Assembly (NCBI GenBank): GCA_049510745.1
Contig: JBEKYR010000032.1
Coordinates: forward strand, 1 to 57,644
Origin: Verrucomicrobiota bacterium
GTDB lineage: Bacteria; Verrucomicrobiota; Verrucomicrobiia; Limisphaerales; Palsa-1400
Direction of reading: 5' to 3'
Length of the DNA stretch: 57,644 bases
A program made the translations under genes and the position numbers. The number at the start of each line of letters is the position of its first letter. Position 1 is the first letter of the stretch. Below the pieces are notes generated by a model. The model saw nothing but the letters and a program-made list of their open reading frames with translations, was not told the DNA's origin and made no database searches. Below are positions 39,779-48,506 of this stretch, piece after piece.

Positions 39779-40750
39779 ATGAGACGTGTTTGTTTAATCG
39801 CCGTCGGGCTTCCCTTGTTTTTCAGTTGGTCAGCGCGCGCCGAGTTGGTCAGCGCGGTCAGCGTGGTGGTCAACGACTCGGTCGTCACCTATGCCGAAAT
39901 CCAGAACGGCGTCCTGCCCAGGGCGCAGACCGCGGCGCGCGTTTACGCGGGCGACCCCCAGCGGTTTGAGCAGGAGGTGCAGAAATTGCGCGACCAGGAG
40001 ATTGAGCGGCAGGTGGAGGACAAGCTGATCCTGCATGAATTCGTCACCTCCGGCTACGTCACCAACGTGCTGGAAGCCTTCATTGATGACCGGATTCGCG
40101 ACGAGATTCAGAAAAAGTATTACGGCGACCGCGCCCGCTTGATCAAAACACTGCAGGCCGAGGGGATGACCTACGAGATGTACCGGCGCCAGGAACGGGA
40201 ACGGTTCATCATCGAGTACATGAACTATCAAAACATCTCCAGCCCCCACAAAATCCTCATCTCTCCGCTCAAGATTGAGCAGTATTACCAGGGGCACAAA
40301 GACACCTTCAAAGTCGAGGACCAGGTCAACCTGCGCATGATTGTCGTGGCCCAATCTCCGGACAAACCTCCCGGCGCGGCCAGACAGTTGGCGGAGGAGG
40401 TTCTGGCCAAAATCAGCTCCGGCGTGTCCTTTGCCGAGATGGCGGCGGTCAATTCTTCCGGCTCGCACCGCGGCGAAGGCGGCGCTCAAGGGTGGGTGGA
40501 TCGCTCGTATTACAAGCCGGAGATTTCCCAGGTGGCCTTTTCCCTCAAGGCCGGGCAACACAGCGGGATCATCGAGTTGCCGGAAGGCTGTTACCTGCTC
40601 CAGGTCGATGACGTGCGGCCCGCCCACGTCAAGGCCCTGGCCGAGGTGCGCGACGAGATCGAACGCACCCTCAAAGCGGAGGAAAATCTCCGTCTCCGCC
40701 AGAGATGGATGGAACGGCTCAAAAACAAATCGTTCGTCGAGTATTATTGA
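39779..40750 (+). CDS. surA: SurA/PpiC-type peptidyl-prolyl isomerase
   Basis: Signal peptide, VVVNDSVVT, parvulin motif SFAEMAAVNSSG..GGAQGW; upstream of pdxA. Start uncertain (39767-39779). Confidence 0.85.
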   Translation: MRRVCLIAVGLPLFFSWSARAELVSAVSVVVNDSVVTYAEIQNGVLPRAQTAARVYAGDPQRFEQEVQKLRDQEIERQVEDKLILHEFVTSGYVTNVLEAFIDDRIRDEIQKKYYGDRARLIKTLQAEGMTYEMYRRQERERFIIEYMNYQNISSPHKILISPLKIEQYYQGHKDTFKVEDQVNLRMIVVAQSPDKPPGAARQLAEEVLAKISSGVSFAEMAAVNSSGSHRGEGGAQGWVDRSYYKPEISQVAFSLKAGQHSGIIELPEGCYLLQVDDVRPAHVKALAEVRDEIERTLKAEENLRLRQRWMERLKNKSFVEYY

Positions 40751-41754
40751 TGACAGGCTGGATCGCCATCTCGCTCGGGGATGTCACGGGCATCGGTCCC
40801 GAAGTCACGCTCAAGGCGCTGGCGGCGGAGGCGGGGAACGATGACACGCGCTACTTGTTGATCGGCGACAGCCAGTACACGGCCTCCCTTTACGAACGGC
40901 TCGGATTGACGCTGCCCTTGCAGCCGTTCTCGGAATTTGGCGCGGCCGGGCGTTTCTTTTTGCACAATCCCATGAAGGCGCCCCTGGCGCCGAACCTGGA
41001 GCCAGGGTCGCCGGCGGCGGCGAACGCGGCGCTGGCTTGGCTGACCGACGGCGCCCAACGCTGCTTGAACCATGAACTGGACGCGCTGGTGACGGCCCCC
41101 TTGAGCAAGGTGGCCGTGGTGCGGGCGGGCCATCCGTTCATCGGGCAGACGGAGTTCCTCTCTCAACTGGCCGGAACCCAGCGCACCACCATGATGCTCC
41201 TGGGCACCGATGACCGGGGACGCTGGTTGCGCGTGGCCCTGGCCACCACCCATCTTCCCCTCAAATTGGTGGCCGCGCAGTTGCAGGCCGAAAAAATCGA
41301 ACTGGCCATCGAATTAGCCGCGCAAGCCTGCCAGGATTTGGGGTTGGCCCGCTGCCGCGTCGCCGTGTGCGGACTCAATCCGCACGCCGGGGAAGGGGGC
41401 GAGTTTGGGGACGAGGAAATCACCCTGATCCGGCCCGTCGTGGAGGCGGCGCAAAAAAAAGGCTTCGATGTGGTCGGCCCATTGCCCGCTGACACGCTCT
41501 TTCACGATGCCTATCGGGGCGATTACGACGCCGTCGTGGCGATGTACCATGACCAGGGGCTGGCGCCGATGAAAATGGTTGCCTTTGACAACGGGGTCAA
41601 TTGGACCCTCGGTTTGCCCTTCATCCGCACCTCGCCCGATCACGGCACGGCTTATGACATTGTCGGCCAGGGCAAGGCCAATCCCTCCAGCATGCAGGCG
41701 GCCATCCGTCTGGCCAAACAATTGGCCCGCCGTCGCGCCCGGAAATCCAATTGA
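40750..41754 (+). CDS. pdxA: 4-hydroxythreonine-4-phosphate dehydrogenase
   Basis: GDVTGIGPE, GLNPHAGE, AMYHDQGL, IRTSPDHGTAYDI. Confidence 0.95.
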   Translation: MTGWIAISLGDVTGIGPEVTLKALAAEAGNDDTRYLLIGDSQYTASLYERLGLTLPLQPFSEFGAAGRFFLHNPMKAPLAPNLEPGSPAAANAALAWLTDGAQRCLNHELDALVTAPLSKVAVVRAGHPFIGQTEFLSQLAGTQRTTMMLLGTDDRGRWLRVALATTHLPLKLVAAQLQAEKIELAIELAAQACQDLGLARCRVAVCGLNPHAGEGGEFGDEEITLIRPVVEAAQKKGFDVVGPLPADTLFHDAYRGDYDAVVAMYHDQGLAPMKMVAFDNGVNWTLGLPFIRTSPDHGTAYDIVGQGKANPSSMQAAIRLAKQLARRRARKSN

Positions 41755-42488
41755 ACAGACCCGCCGTGATTTCCGCCCTCATTGTCGCCGCCGGAAAAAG
41801 CGCCCGGATGGGAGCGCAAACGGACAAACTGTTCCTGCCGGTGGCGGGCCGCCCGCTCGTCGCCCATGCCTGGCAACGATTCGACACCGCGCCGTTGATC
41901 GATGAAATTATTCTGGTCGTGCGGGAGGGCCGGCAAAACGCCTTTGCCGATTTGGCCGCGCGCTATCGCTTCGCCAAACCCTTCCGTTTCGCCCTGGGCG
42001 GCAAGGAACGACAGGACTCGGTCTGGAACGGTTTGGAGAGCCTGTCGCCGCGCTCTGAAATAGTTGCCATCCAGGATGCCGCCCGTCCCTGCACGAGCCT
42101 GGCGTTGATCGAAGCGACGATCGCTGCCGCGCGGCAAGAGGGCGCCGCCGTTGCCGCCCAACCGGTGTCCGACACGATCAAGCTCTCGGAGGACGGCGTC
42201 CATGTCTCGCACCACCTGGACCGGTCGCGTTTGTGGTCCGTGCAGACACCGCAGACCTTCCGCGTCGAAGTCATTCGCCGCGCGCTCACGGCGATGCGCG
42301 AGCGGGGATTGCATTTCACCGACGACACCGCCGCCTGCGAACTGATCGGCCACCCCGTCAAGCTCGTTTTCGTGCCCGCTCCAAACCCGAAGGTGACCGT
42401 GCCGGGCGACGTGCCTTACGTGGAGATGCTTCTGAAGTCCGCGCAAAAATGTAATGCCTCAGTGACGGCGGGAAAAAGCGGAGCCTAA
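41751..42488 (+). CDS. ispD: 2-C-methyl-D-erythritol 4-phosphate cytidylyltransferase
   Basis: AAGKSARMG..K, GGKERQDSV, QDAARP, VQTPQTF, TDD. Confidence 0.93.
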   Translation: MNRPAVISALIVAAGKSARMGAQTDKLFLPVAGRPLVAHAWQRFDTAPLIDEIILVVREGRQNAFADLAARYRFAKPFRFALGGKERQDSVWNGLESLSPRSEIVAIQDAARPCTSLALIEATIAAARQEGAAVAAQPVSDTIKLSEDGVHVSHHLDRSRLWSVQTPQTFRVEVIRRALTAMRERGLHFTDDTAACELIGHPVKLVFVPAPNPKVTVPGDVPYVEMLLKSAQKCNASVTAGKSGA

Positions 42489-42546
42489 AAAAATTCTCAT
42501 TTCGCCGTCTGCACATCTTCCTTGACAAATAGAGAGAATCGACCCT

Positions 42547-42583
42547 AGCATACCCGCATTCCGGCTTTCAATGCGGGTATGCT
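42547..42583. repeat. Perfect 14-bp inverted repeat
   Basis: AGCATACCCGCATT-ccggctttc-AATGCGGGTATGCT. Confidence 0.8.
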
Positions 42584-42677
42584 CAATTTCGCATTTTTTC
42601 CCCCCCCATCACTGAGGCATTACGCAAAAATGGATTGCAGTCTTGATAATTCGGCTGCGCGGGGTTATACGTTTCGT

Positions 42678-42920
42678 ATGGTCATAGCGTCCATACGCGA
42701 GTTCAATCGCGCGGTGCCTTTCAAGCCGTACGAAATCCGCATGGTCAGCAGCCAGCGTTACAAGGTGCCGCATCCGGATTTTATTTCGATTTCGCCCAAA
42801 GGTTCGTTTGTGATTCTCTTTGACGCCGATGAAAGCCCGCATCATCTCAGTTCACTGCTGATCGAAAGCGTTTCACCGCGCAACGGCCGGCCCGCGCGCA
42901 AAGGCGGCCGGCGCCCATAG
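42678..42920 (+). CDS. Small hypothetical protein (PFKPY..VPHPDF)
   Basis: 80-aa ORF preceded by TTGATA-17 nt-TATACG, 6 nt before the ATG. Confidence 0.65.
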   Translation: MVIASIREFNRAVPFKPYEIRMVSSQRYKVPHPDFISISPKGSFVILFDADESPHHLSSLLIESVSPRNGRPARKGGRRP

Positions 42921-43052
42921 CCCGTGACGGCGCGAACCGGGGAAAGTTCCCCCACTCGGACGCCAATCCTCCCGCAGGACGGCTGATGGGGCGCGGAGAA
43001 TTACGAAATTGCGCTTGCCACGCCTCCCGGCATCCTGTATATACAAATATGT

Positions 43053-43298
43053 ATGCAAACGACATATCCCATCCGCCTGGATGAAGGCGACAAGCGGCTT
43101 TTCAAACAAGCCGCTCGCTCGGCGGGCCTCTCCCTGGCTGAGTTCCTCCGTCGAGCAGCGCGGGAAAAGGCGAAACCGGCGAAGAAAGAACCCGCCTGCC
43201 TCACTTACCCGGAGATTCAGGTCGATCGGGAAGCGGAAGCCCACCCCAAAGAGTTCATACGAAACCAACTCGCCCTCAGAAATGGACGCCATCGCTGA
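43053..43298 (+). CDS. RHH-type antitoxin (VapB-like)
   Basis: MQTTYPIRL..KRLFKQAARSAGLSLAEFLRRAA; overlaps the PIN toxin. Promoter TTGCCA-17 nt-TATATA with a TGTATATACA palindrome. Confidence 0.75.
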   Translation: MQTTYPIRLDEGDKRLFKQAARSAGLSLAEFLRRAAREKAKPAKKEPACLTYPEIQVDREAEAHPKEFIRNQLALRNGRHR

Positions 43299-43683
43299 CA
43301 CCGGGTTCATCGTCGCTATCTGGTCCAAAACCCCCGCGCGCCGCCAGTGGGCGCGGGCCTGGCTCGGCAAAGTCACGCTGCCCCTTCTGACCTCGACCGC
43401 CACTCTGCAAGAGGCCGGCTGGCTCTTAAACAATCACTCTTACCCGATCCAAATGGTATTGGACGGCGATTTGGAAATTGCTCTCGACACTCAAGCAGAG
43501 GCCAACGCCCTGCACGGGTTGATTTCCAAATACCGGGATCGCATGGATTTGGCCGATGCCTCCATCGTGCGCCTCTCGGAACTTCATCCCCGCGCCAAAG
43601 TCCTGACGGTGGACAAAGCCGACTTCAAGATTTACCGGCGATTTGGCCGCGAGCCTATTCCCTGCGAATTCCCGCCCGCCTAG
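43282..43683 (+). CDS. vapC: PIN-domain toxin (VapC)
   Basis: IADTGFIVA, TLQEA, MDLADASIV, LTVDKADFKIYR. Confidence 0.88.
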   Translation: MDAIADTGFIVAIWSKTPARRQWARAWLGKVTLPLLTSTATLQEAGWLLNNHSYPIQMVLDGDLEIALDTQAEANALHGLISKYRDRMDLADASIVRLSELHPRAKVLTVDKADFKIYRRFGREPIPCEFPPA

Positions 43684-43823
43684 ATGACTCTTTTCCCAAG
43701 TGGCCCGCCGCAACTCGAAGAGCGAAGGTCAAAGCCAGTGGCCGGCCTTGGACTTTGTCCCACGATTCAGATAAAGGGGATCAGCCTGCGGGCTATGCAA
43801 ATAATCTGCGCCAAATTCCGGGT

Positions 43824-44621
43824 TTATGGCGAGTCACCGTGATGAGGGGTGTTCCAAAAATGAAACAGGCTGTTGTCGAAGGTGAATTGGTAGGCAACAT
43901 AACACTGAAAGCGCGTCGGGCCGTCAATCGAACGACCGGCTGAAAAAAGCAAATGATGCCGTTCGCTGAAATCGAAGACCGCGCCAACATTAAATGCCGT
44001 GCCGGTGTTGGGAAAGTCGGTCTGATACGTTGTCTGATGATAAAACTCCGCGCCGATGGCAAGGTTGGGCAAAACCTGCTTTTGCAGCACGGCGCCGACA
44101 AATTCCCAATTATGATTGCCAGAGAAGGAATTGATGCCGTAACCGCCGCCGCCGTAGGCCGTCCACGATCCCCAACTCTTTTGCAGCCACAAGGGCAGGA
44201 AAGCCTGCATGTGACCATTGCCAAGATTGTTTTCGGCGCTGCCCGTGGGCAGTTCCAGCAAAGGAAAGATCCCCACTTGAGGCATCCCGTTGGTTTCCTG
44301 GATGAAGCGGTATTTCACGCCAAGCTCGGTGTCACCCAATCCATAATGGGAGGCTCCGGTGGGCGGCGAGTCGTAAGCCAATGGCGCAATCAGATGAAGC
44401 TGCACGTCGGGAACGACGCCGTAGTTCAATTCAAACTGCGGCCCGGTGCCAGACCAGTCGCCGCCGAGTTTGGAATGTTGGGAAGCGAGGTAAAACTCCC
44501 AATGCTGATATTCCACAGGCTCCGGGTCGTCGGTAACGTAGGGCGGGCCGCCGTAGGCGGTTCCGGCGATTCCGAAGATTGTCAGTGCGGCAACAGCGGG
44601 CAAGGATCGTGTGGTGTGCAT
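43824..44621 (-). CDS. Putative outer-membrane beta-barrel (MetA-pathway/transporter-like)
   Basis: Signal peptide, GPPYVTDDPEP, GLGDTELGVKYRF, alternating beta-strand pattern. Confidence 0.7.
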   Translation of the reverse strand: MHTTRSLPAVAALTIFGIAGTAYGGPPYVTDDPEPVEYQHWEFYLASQHSKLGGDWSGTGPQFELNYGVVPDVQLHLIAPLAYDSPPTGASHYGLGDTELGVKYRFIQETNGMPQVGIFPLLELPTGSAENNLGNGHMQAFLPLWLQKSWGSWTAYGGGGYGINSFSGNHNWEFVGAVLQKQVLPNLAIGAEFYHQTTYQTDFPNTGTAFNVGAVFDFSERHHLLFSAGRSIDGPTRFQCYVAYQFTFDNSLFHFWNTPHHGDSP

Positions 44622-44634
44622 GGTGCGGTTGTTT

Positions 44635-44955
44635 TCAGTCGGCGATCAAATAGAATCCAACAATGACGAAGCCGGCCGTCAACACTCCCGCGACTATCGT
44701 TTTGATTAAGCGGTTGACTGGCATCGTGAGTCCTTGACCGCCTTTGGCGTTTGCGAACAGCCAGCCGAAAGCGGCGAAAAGAACAAGAATGATGGCGACG
44801 TGAGTAATCCAATGATGGCCGGTCAGCTTTTGCATCCCAGCTTGGACGGCGGGGCTTTTTTCCTTTGCAATCACGAGAAGCGCATTGGCCACGCTGCTTA
44901 ACGCCAAAGATAACCCAAAGGAAACGGAGTATTTCGAGACGGTGTCGTTTTCCAT
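44635..44955 (-). CDS. Small 3-TM membrane protein with GHHWITH motif
   Basis: Three hydrophobic segments; lies within the PadR operon. Confidence 0.7.
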   Translation of the reverse strand: MENDTVSKYSVSFGLSLALSSVANALLVIAKEKSPAVQAGMQKLTGHHWITHVAIILVLFAAFGWLFANAKGGQGLTMPVNRLIKTIVAGVLTAGFVIVGFYLIAD

Positions 44956-44969
44956 AGTCAATCTCTTCT

Positions 44970-45431
44970 TTAAATGTGTTTCGCCAGCAATGCCACTTTC
45001 ACCCCCATGGCGATGATTGCCCCGTGACCTTCAATCATTAAACCGAGCAATGGGATGATCGCTGCCACCCAAAGAACCAGTCTGCGCGCCTCCTTGTTTG
45101 CCGCGAGGTTGTTGGACGCGACGATGGGGAGATACGTGGCCAACAGCAGCAGCATGATGACAAGATGTTCCTTCGTTTCCATGAAGTATTCGTGAGCGAA
45201 CGGCCACGGCCCCTTCAAGATGATGGCCTTGTCGGCGGGATAATAGATAACATACCAATAGCCGCCGAATAAAAGGGAGAGCCACATAAAAAGGGCCGCA
45301 GCCCGGCTCATCCATCTTATCCGGGGCAGGTTCATTTCATCGGCGTTCAACGTGTCCACAAGCACCCACACCGTCGTGACGATGCAGGCCACTCCGAACA
45401 GCACGTGGGTCATTAGAATCATTTCAGTCAT
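44970..45431 (-). CDS. 4-TM membrane protein of unknown function
   Basis: THVLFG, GGYWYVIYY, GPWPFAHEYFMETKEH; start overlaps the padR end. Confidence 0.75.
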   Translation of the reverse strand: MTEMILMTHVLFGVACIVTTVWVLVDTLNADEMNLPRIRWMSRAAALFMWLSLLFGGYWYVIYYPADKAIILKGPWPFAHEYFMETKEHLVIMLLLLATYLPIVASNNLAANKEARRLVLWVAAIIPLLGLMIEGHGAIIAMGVKVALLAKHI

Positions 45432-45780
45432 GTTTGTTTTCCTTGGGGTGTTTTGAGGCGCCGTTTTGAGACTCAACCACGACCTCGTCGTAAAGCTCCC
45501 TGATTTGTTCCCGAATCAGGCTGAGGACTTTTTTTCCCTTGGCCGTCAGGCGATAATCCTTGCGCGCCCGCTTGCCGCTACGCTTGCCGCTCTCGCAGTT
45601 GAGCCAGCCGTGCCGCACCAACCGGCCAAGGAGCGGGTAGAGGGTTCCGGGGCTGATTTCGTAGCCGTGGCGGCGCAATTCTGTGATGATCCATTGCCCA
45701 TGAATCGGCTCCTCGCCTGCGTGGTGCAAAATATGCACCTTCCAGAAGCTCAACAGTATTTCACGCTCGACTTCTTGCAT
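45424..45780 (-). CDS. PadR-family transcriptional regulator
   Basis: HILHHA..IHGQWI..ELRRHGYEISPGTLYPLL..RKDYRLTAKG. Promoter TTGACT-17 nt-TATATC lies upstream. Confidence 0.92.
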   Translation of the reverse strand: MQEVEREILLSFWKVHILHHAGEEPIHGQWIITELRRHGYEISPGTLYPLLGRLVRHGWLNCESGKRSGKRARKDYRLTAKGKKVLSLIREQIRELYDEVVVESQNGASKHPKENKHD

Positions 45781-45919
45781 TGTTGTTTATATTACGATTA
45801 CCGATGTCGGAAACCGATATAAGCCACGTTGGCTGCAAAGTCAAGCGGCGGGTTTTGAAACCCTCATTTTATCGGCAGGGTGCGGGTCGCGAGATGGCGC
45901 GAATGCAAGTAATCTGTTC

Positions 45920-46051
45920 GCTTTGGGGACGACCAACTCCGAACTCGAGGCCGAATTGCTCAAGGGCATAAATGGGCCGTTTACACCCTATTCGTCGCAA
46001 GAGATGCGCTCCATCGGGGAACGCATCATCAAGGAAAAACGGGGTCAATGA
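45920..46051 (+). pseudogene. 3' remnant of a ParD-like antitoxin
   Basis: Frame reading ELEAELLKGINGPFTPYSSQEMRSIGERIIKEKRGQ-stop with an ATGA overlap at 46048-46051; no start and no intact toxin. Confidence 0.4.
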
Positions 46052-46161
46052 GCCTGGCTAATTGTGGGCGAGGAGTGAACCATTCCGACGCATTTAGGAT
46101 TTGCTGGTTTTCGGCGGACGGGCGCCGTTTATGCGCTTGCATACCCTTGGGATCGGAAAAA

Positions 46162-46250
46162 GCCGTCACACCGTCACAACCGTTGATAATAAGGGACTTA
46201 GGCCGTAACATTTGCCGTCACAAACCGTCATACAATGCCGTCACAATGCC
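46162..46250 (+). repeat. Cluster of CCGTCACA-like short direct repeats
   Basis: About 6-7 copies of CCGTCACA/CCGTAACA/CCGTCATA around TTGATAATAAGGGACTTA. Confidence 0.7.
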
Positions 46251-46374
46251 AAAGATGGCCCAACGCGAAGATGGCGCGCGGGGGGAGCGGTTAGGGGTGA
46301 GCCACCTTTTGGTCTTGCCTTGGGGCGGCGCTGGAGGGGGTTGACAGGGTGACAGAACGATGTAGGATTCATCC

Positions 46375-46656
46375 ATGAAGACCGATACGTATCCGTTGGC
46401 CGTGCCGCCCGATCTGCTCGGGGAGGTGCGCCAGGCGTCTCAGGATTTGGGTTTGTCCATGGCAGACATCATGCGGCAGAGCATGAAGCTGGGGTTGCCC
46501 AAACTGCGCGAGCAGTTGTCGCCCGATCCGCTAAAAAACCTGAAGCCGTTGTCGAGAGCGGAGTCCCGCCGTTGCTACCAGCAACCGAACCGCGAATTTG
46601 ACGCGCTGGAACATCACCTCGCCGGCTTGCCCTCTCCGCCCCCGGACGCGGAATGA
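46375..46656 (+). CDS. RHH-like antitoxin
   Basis: YPLAVPPDLLGEVRQAS..LSMADIMRQSMKLG; ATGA overlap with the toxin. Promoter TTGACA-16 nt-TAGGAT. Confidence 0.75.
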   Translation: MKTDTYPLAVPPDLLGEVRQASQDLGLSMADIMRQSMKLGLPKLREQLSPDPLKNLKPLSRAESRRCYQQPNREFDALEHHLAGLPSPPPDAE

Positions 46657-46976
46657 AAGCCTGGGACATATTTAGCTGGCAGGCTCCCGGCTGGCCGGAG
46701 CCGCATCCGGTGGTCATTGTGTCCCACCCGGACCGGGTTGCCAACAAACCGGACGTGACGATAATAATGTGCGCTTCGCGAAGGGCCACCCGGCAACCGG
46801 AACCCAACGAGGTGGTTCTCGATGCCAACGACGGCTTGGATTGGCCGACCCTGTGCAAGTGTGACCTGCTCTACACCATCCAAAAAGCGAATCTGGTGAA
46901 TCGCCGTGGGGCAGTCAGCGCCGAGCGCAGGAGGCAGATCATCGCGACGATCAATCGCGTCAATGGTTGGCTTTGA
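46653..46976 (+). CDS. mazF: PemK/MazF-family toxin
   Basis: WDIF..PHPVVIVS, EVVLD..DGLDWPTLCKCDLLYTIQK..RRGAVS. Confidence 0.8.
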   Translation: MKAWDIFSWQAPGWPEPHPVVIVSHPDRVANKPDVTIIMCASRRATRQPEPNEVVLDANDGLDWPTLCKCDLLYTIQKANLVNRRGAVSAERRRQIIATINRVNGWL

Positions 46977-47101
46977 AGCGGCTTGCGGCGGACGAGTGGG
47001 GCCACCCGAAGATGCACGGATGATGTTGGGTTTTGGCTGAATTTCGTTAAAAATCTCCCCCCCTTGCCAATCGCCCCGGCGCGCTTTATGATAAGACCGT
47101 T

Positions 47102-48451
47102 GTGAAAAGTTTTATGAATCGCCGCATCTTGTATGGGTTCGTCATTGTTGCCCTGGGCGTCAATCTGATTTTTGGCGCCCAGATTTACTTTTATTCGGCC
47201 CACGCTTCCCAAAAGGACGACCCCTACGACAATTACAAATTGCTGGCCGATGTCCTGGAAAAGGTGCGCCAGGAATATGTCGATGGCGACAAATTGACTT
47301 ATCAGGACCTCATTCACGGCGCCCTCAAGGGCATGCTCAACAGCCTGGACCCGCACAGCGAATTCATGGACGCGGCCAAATTCGACGAACTCAAGAAGGA
47401 CACCGAAGGGGAATTCGGCGGGGTGGGCATCGTCGTGCAGATCAGCAAGGACAAGGCGCTGACGGTGGTGGAACCGATGGAGGACACTCCGGGCTTTCGC
47501 GCCGGCATCATGCCGCAGGATCAAATCGTCAAAATCGACGGCAAGAGCACCCTCCACTTCGATCTGGAGGAGGCGGTCAAGCAGTTGCGCGGCCAGCCGG
47601 GCACCACCGTCACCCTCACCGTCCGCCGCCCCTCCAGCGGCGTGACCAAGGACTACAAACTGGAACGGGCCATCATCAAAGTCGATACGGTCAAGGACCT
47701 CAACGACAAGCGCGAGTTTCCGCTCGGCGATAATGGCATCGGCTACGTCCGCCTGGTTCAGTTCGGCGAAAAGACCTCGGACGATCTGGACAAAGCCCTC
47801 AAGAAGCTGACCGAGGAGGGGATGAAGGCGCTGGTCCTGGATTTGCGCGACAATCCGGGCGGCCTGCTCGAGCAGGCCGGGCAGGTTTGTGAAAGGTTTC
47901 TGCCGCGCGGCCAATTGATCGTCTCCACGGTGGGACGGGGTCCGACGCCGCGCTCGGAATACCGGGCCAACGGCCACGGCAAGCGGATTGATTTGCCGAT
48001 GGTGGTGCTGGTCAACGGCAACAGCGCCAGCGCCTCGGAGATCGTCGCCGGTTGCCTGCAGGATTTGCAGCCCATCACCCACGCCATCGTGGTGGGAGAG
48101 CAGACCTTCGGCAAAGGCTCGGTCCAGAGCATCCTGCCCCTGGCCGACGGTTCCGCCTTGCGTTTGACGACGGCCAAATACTACACGCCCAGCCATAAGG
48201 TCATCCATGAACACGGCATTACGCCGGACATCGTGGTCCCGATGACGGCGGAGGAAGAGTGGGATTTGCGCTACAAACGCCAATCCGGCGCATTGGACAT
48301 GCTGGAGGCCAAGGACCGGGAACGCGTCGAGCGCGTGCATGACCGGCAACTGGATCGCGCCGACGACCTGCTCAAAGGCGTGTTGCTTTACTCCCAGCGC
48401 GGTCCCTCTCCGTCGCGCGTGGCCGCGGTCGCGCCGGCGCCGGCCCAATAG
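47102..48451 (+). CDS. ctpA: C-terminal processing protease (S41)
   Basis: LDPHS, PDZ domain, LDLRDNPGG, SASASEIVAG, TFGKGSVQ, RLTTAKYYTP. Confidence 0.93.
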   Translation: MKSFMNRRILYGFVIVALGVNLIFGAQIYFYSAHASQKDDPYDNYKLLADVLEKVRQEYVDGDKLTYQDLIHGALKGMLNSLDPHSEFMDAAKFDELKKDTEGEFGGVGIVVQISKDKALTVVEPMEDTPGFRAGIMPQDQIVKIDGKSTLHFDLEEAVKQLRGQPGTTVTLTVRRPSSGVTKDYKLERAIIKVDTVKDLNDKREFPLGDNGIGYVRLVQFGEKTSDDLDKALKKLTEEGMKALVLDLRDNPGGLLEQAGQVCERFLPRGQLIVSTVGRGPTPRSEYRANGHGKRIDLPMVVLVNGNSASASEIVAGCLQDLQPITHAIVVGEQTFGKGSVQSILPLADGSALRLTTAKYYTPSHKVIHEHGITPDIVVPMTAEEEWDLRYKRQSGALDMLEAKDRERVERVHDRQLDRADDLLKGVLLYSQRGPSPSRVAAVAPAPAQ

Positions 48452-48506
48452 GCGGGCACACTGGTCGTCTCTTTGGCTTTCTCCCGGAAAATTTCCGGGT
48501 TGAATT

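Noticed and set aside
43764..43803. dif-like Xer site at the left edge of the PadR cassette
   Set aside because: The arms GATTCAGATAA and TATGCAAAT are separated by far more than the required 6-bp core.
45465..45476. Third copy of the feo palindrome (TTGAGACTCAA)
   Set aside because: Only a partial match with wrong spacing, inside padR coding sequence; probably chance.
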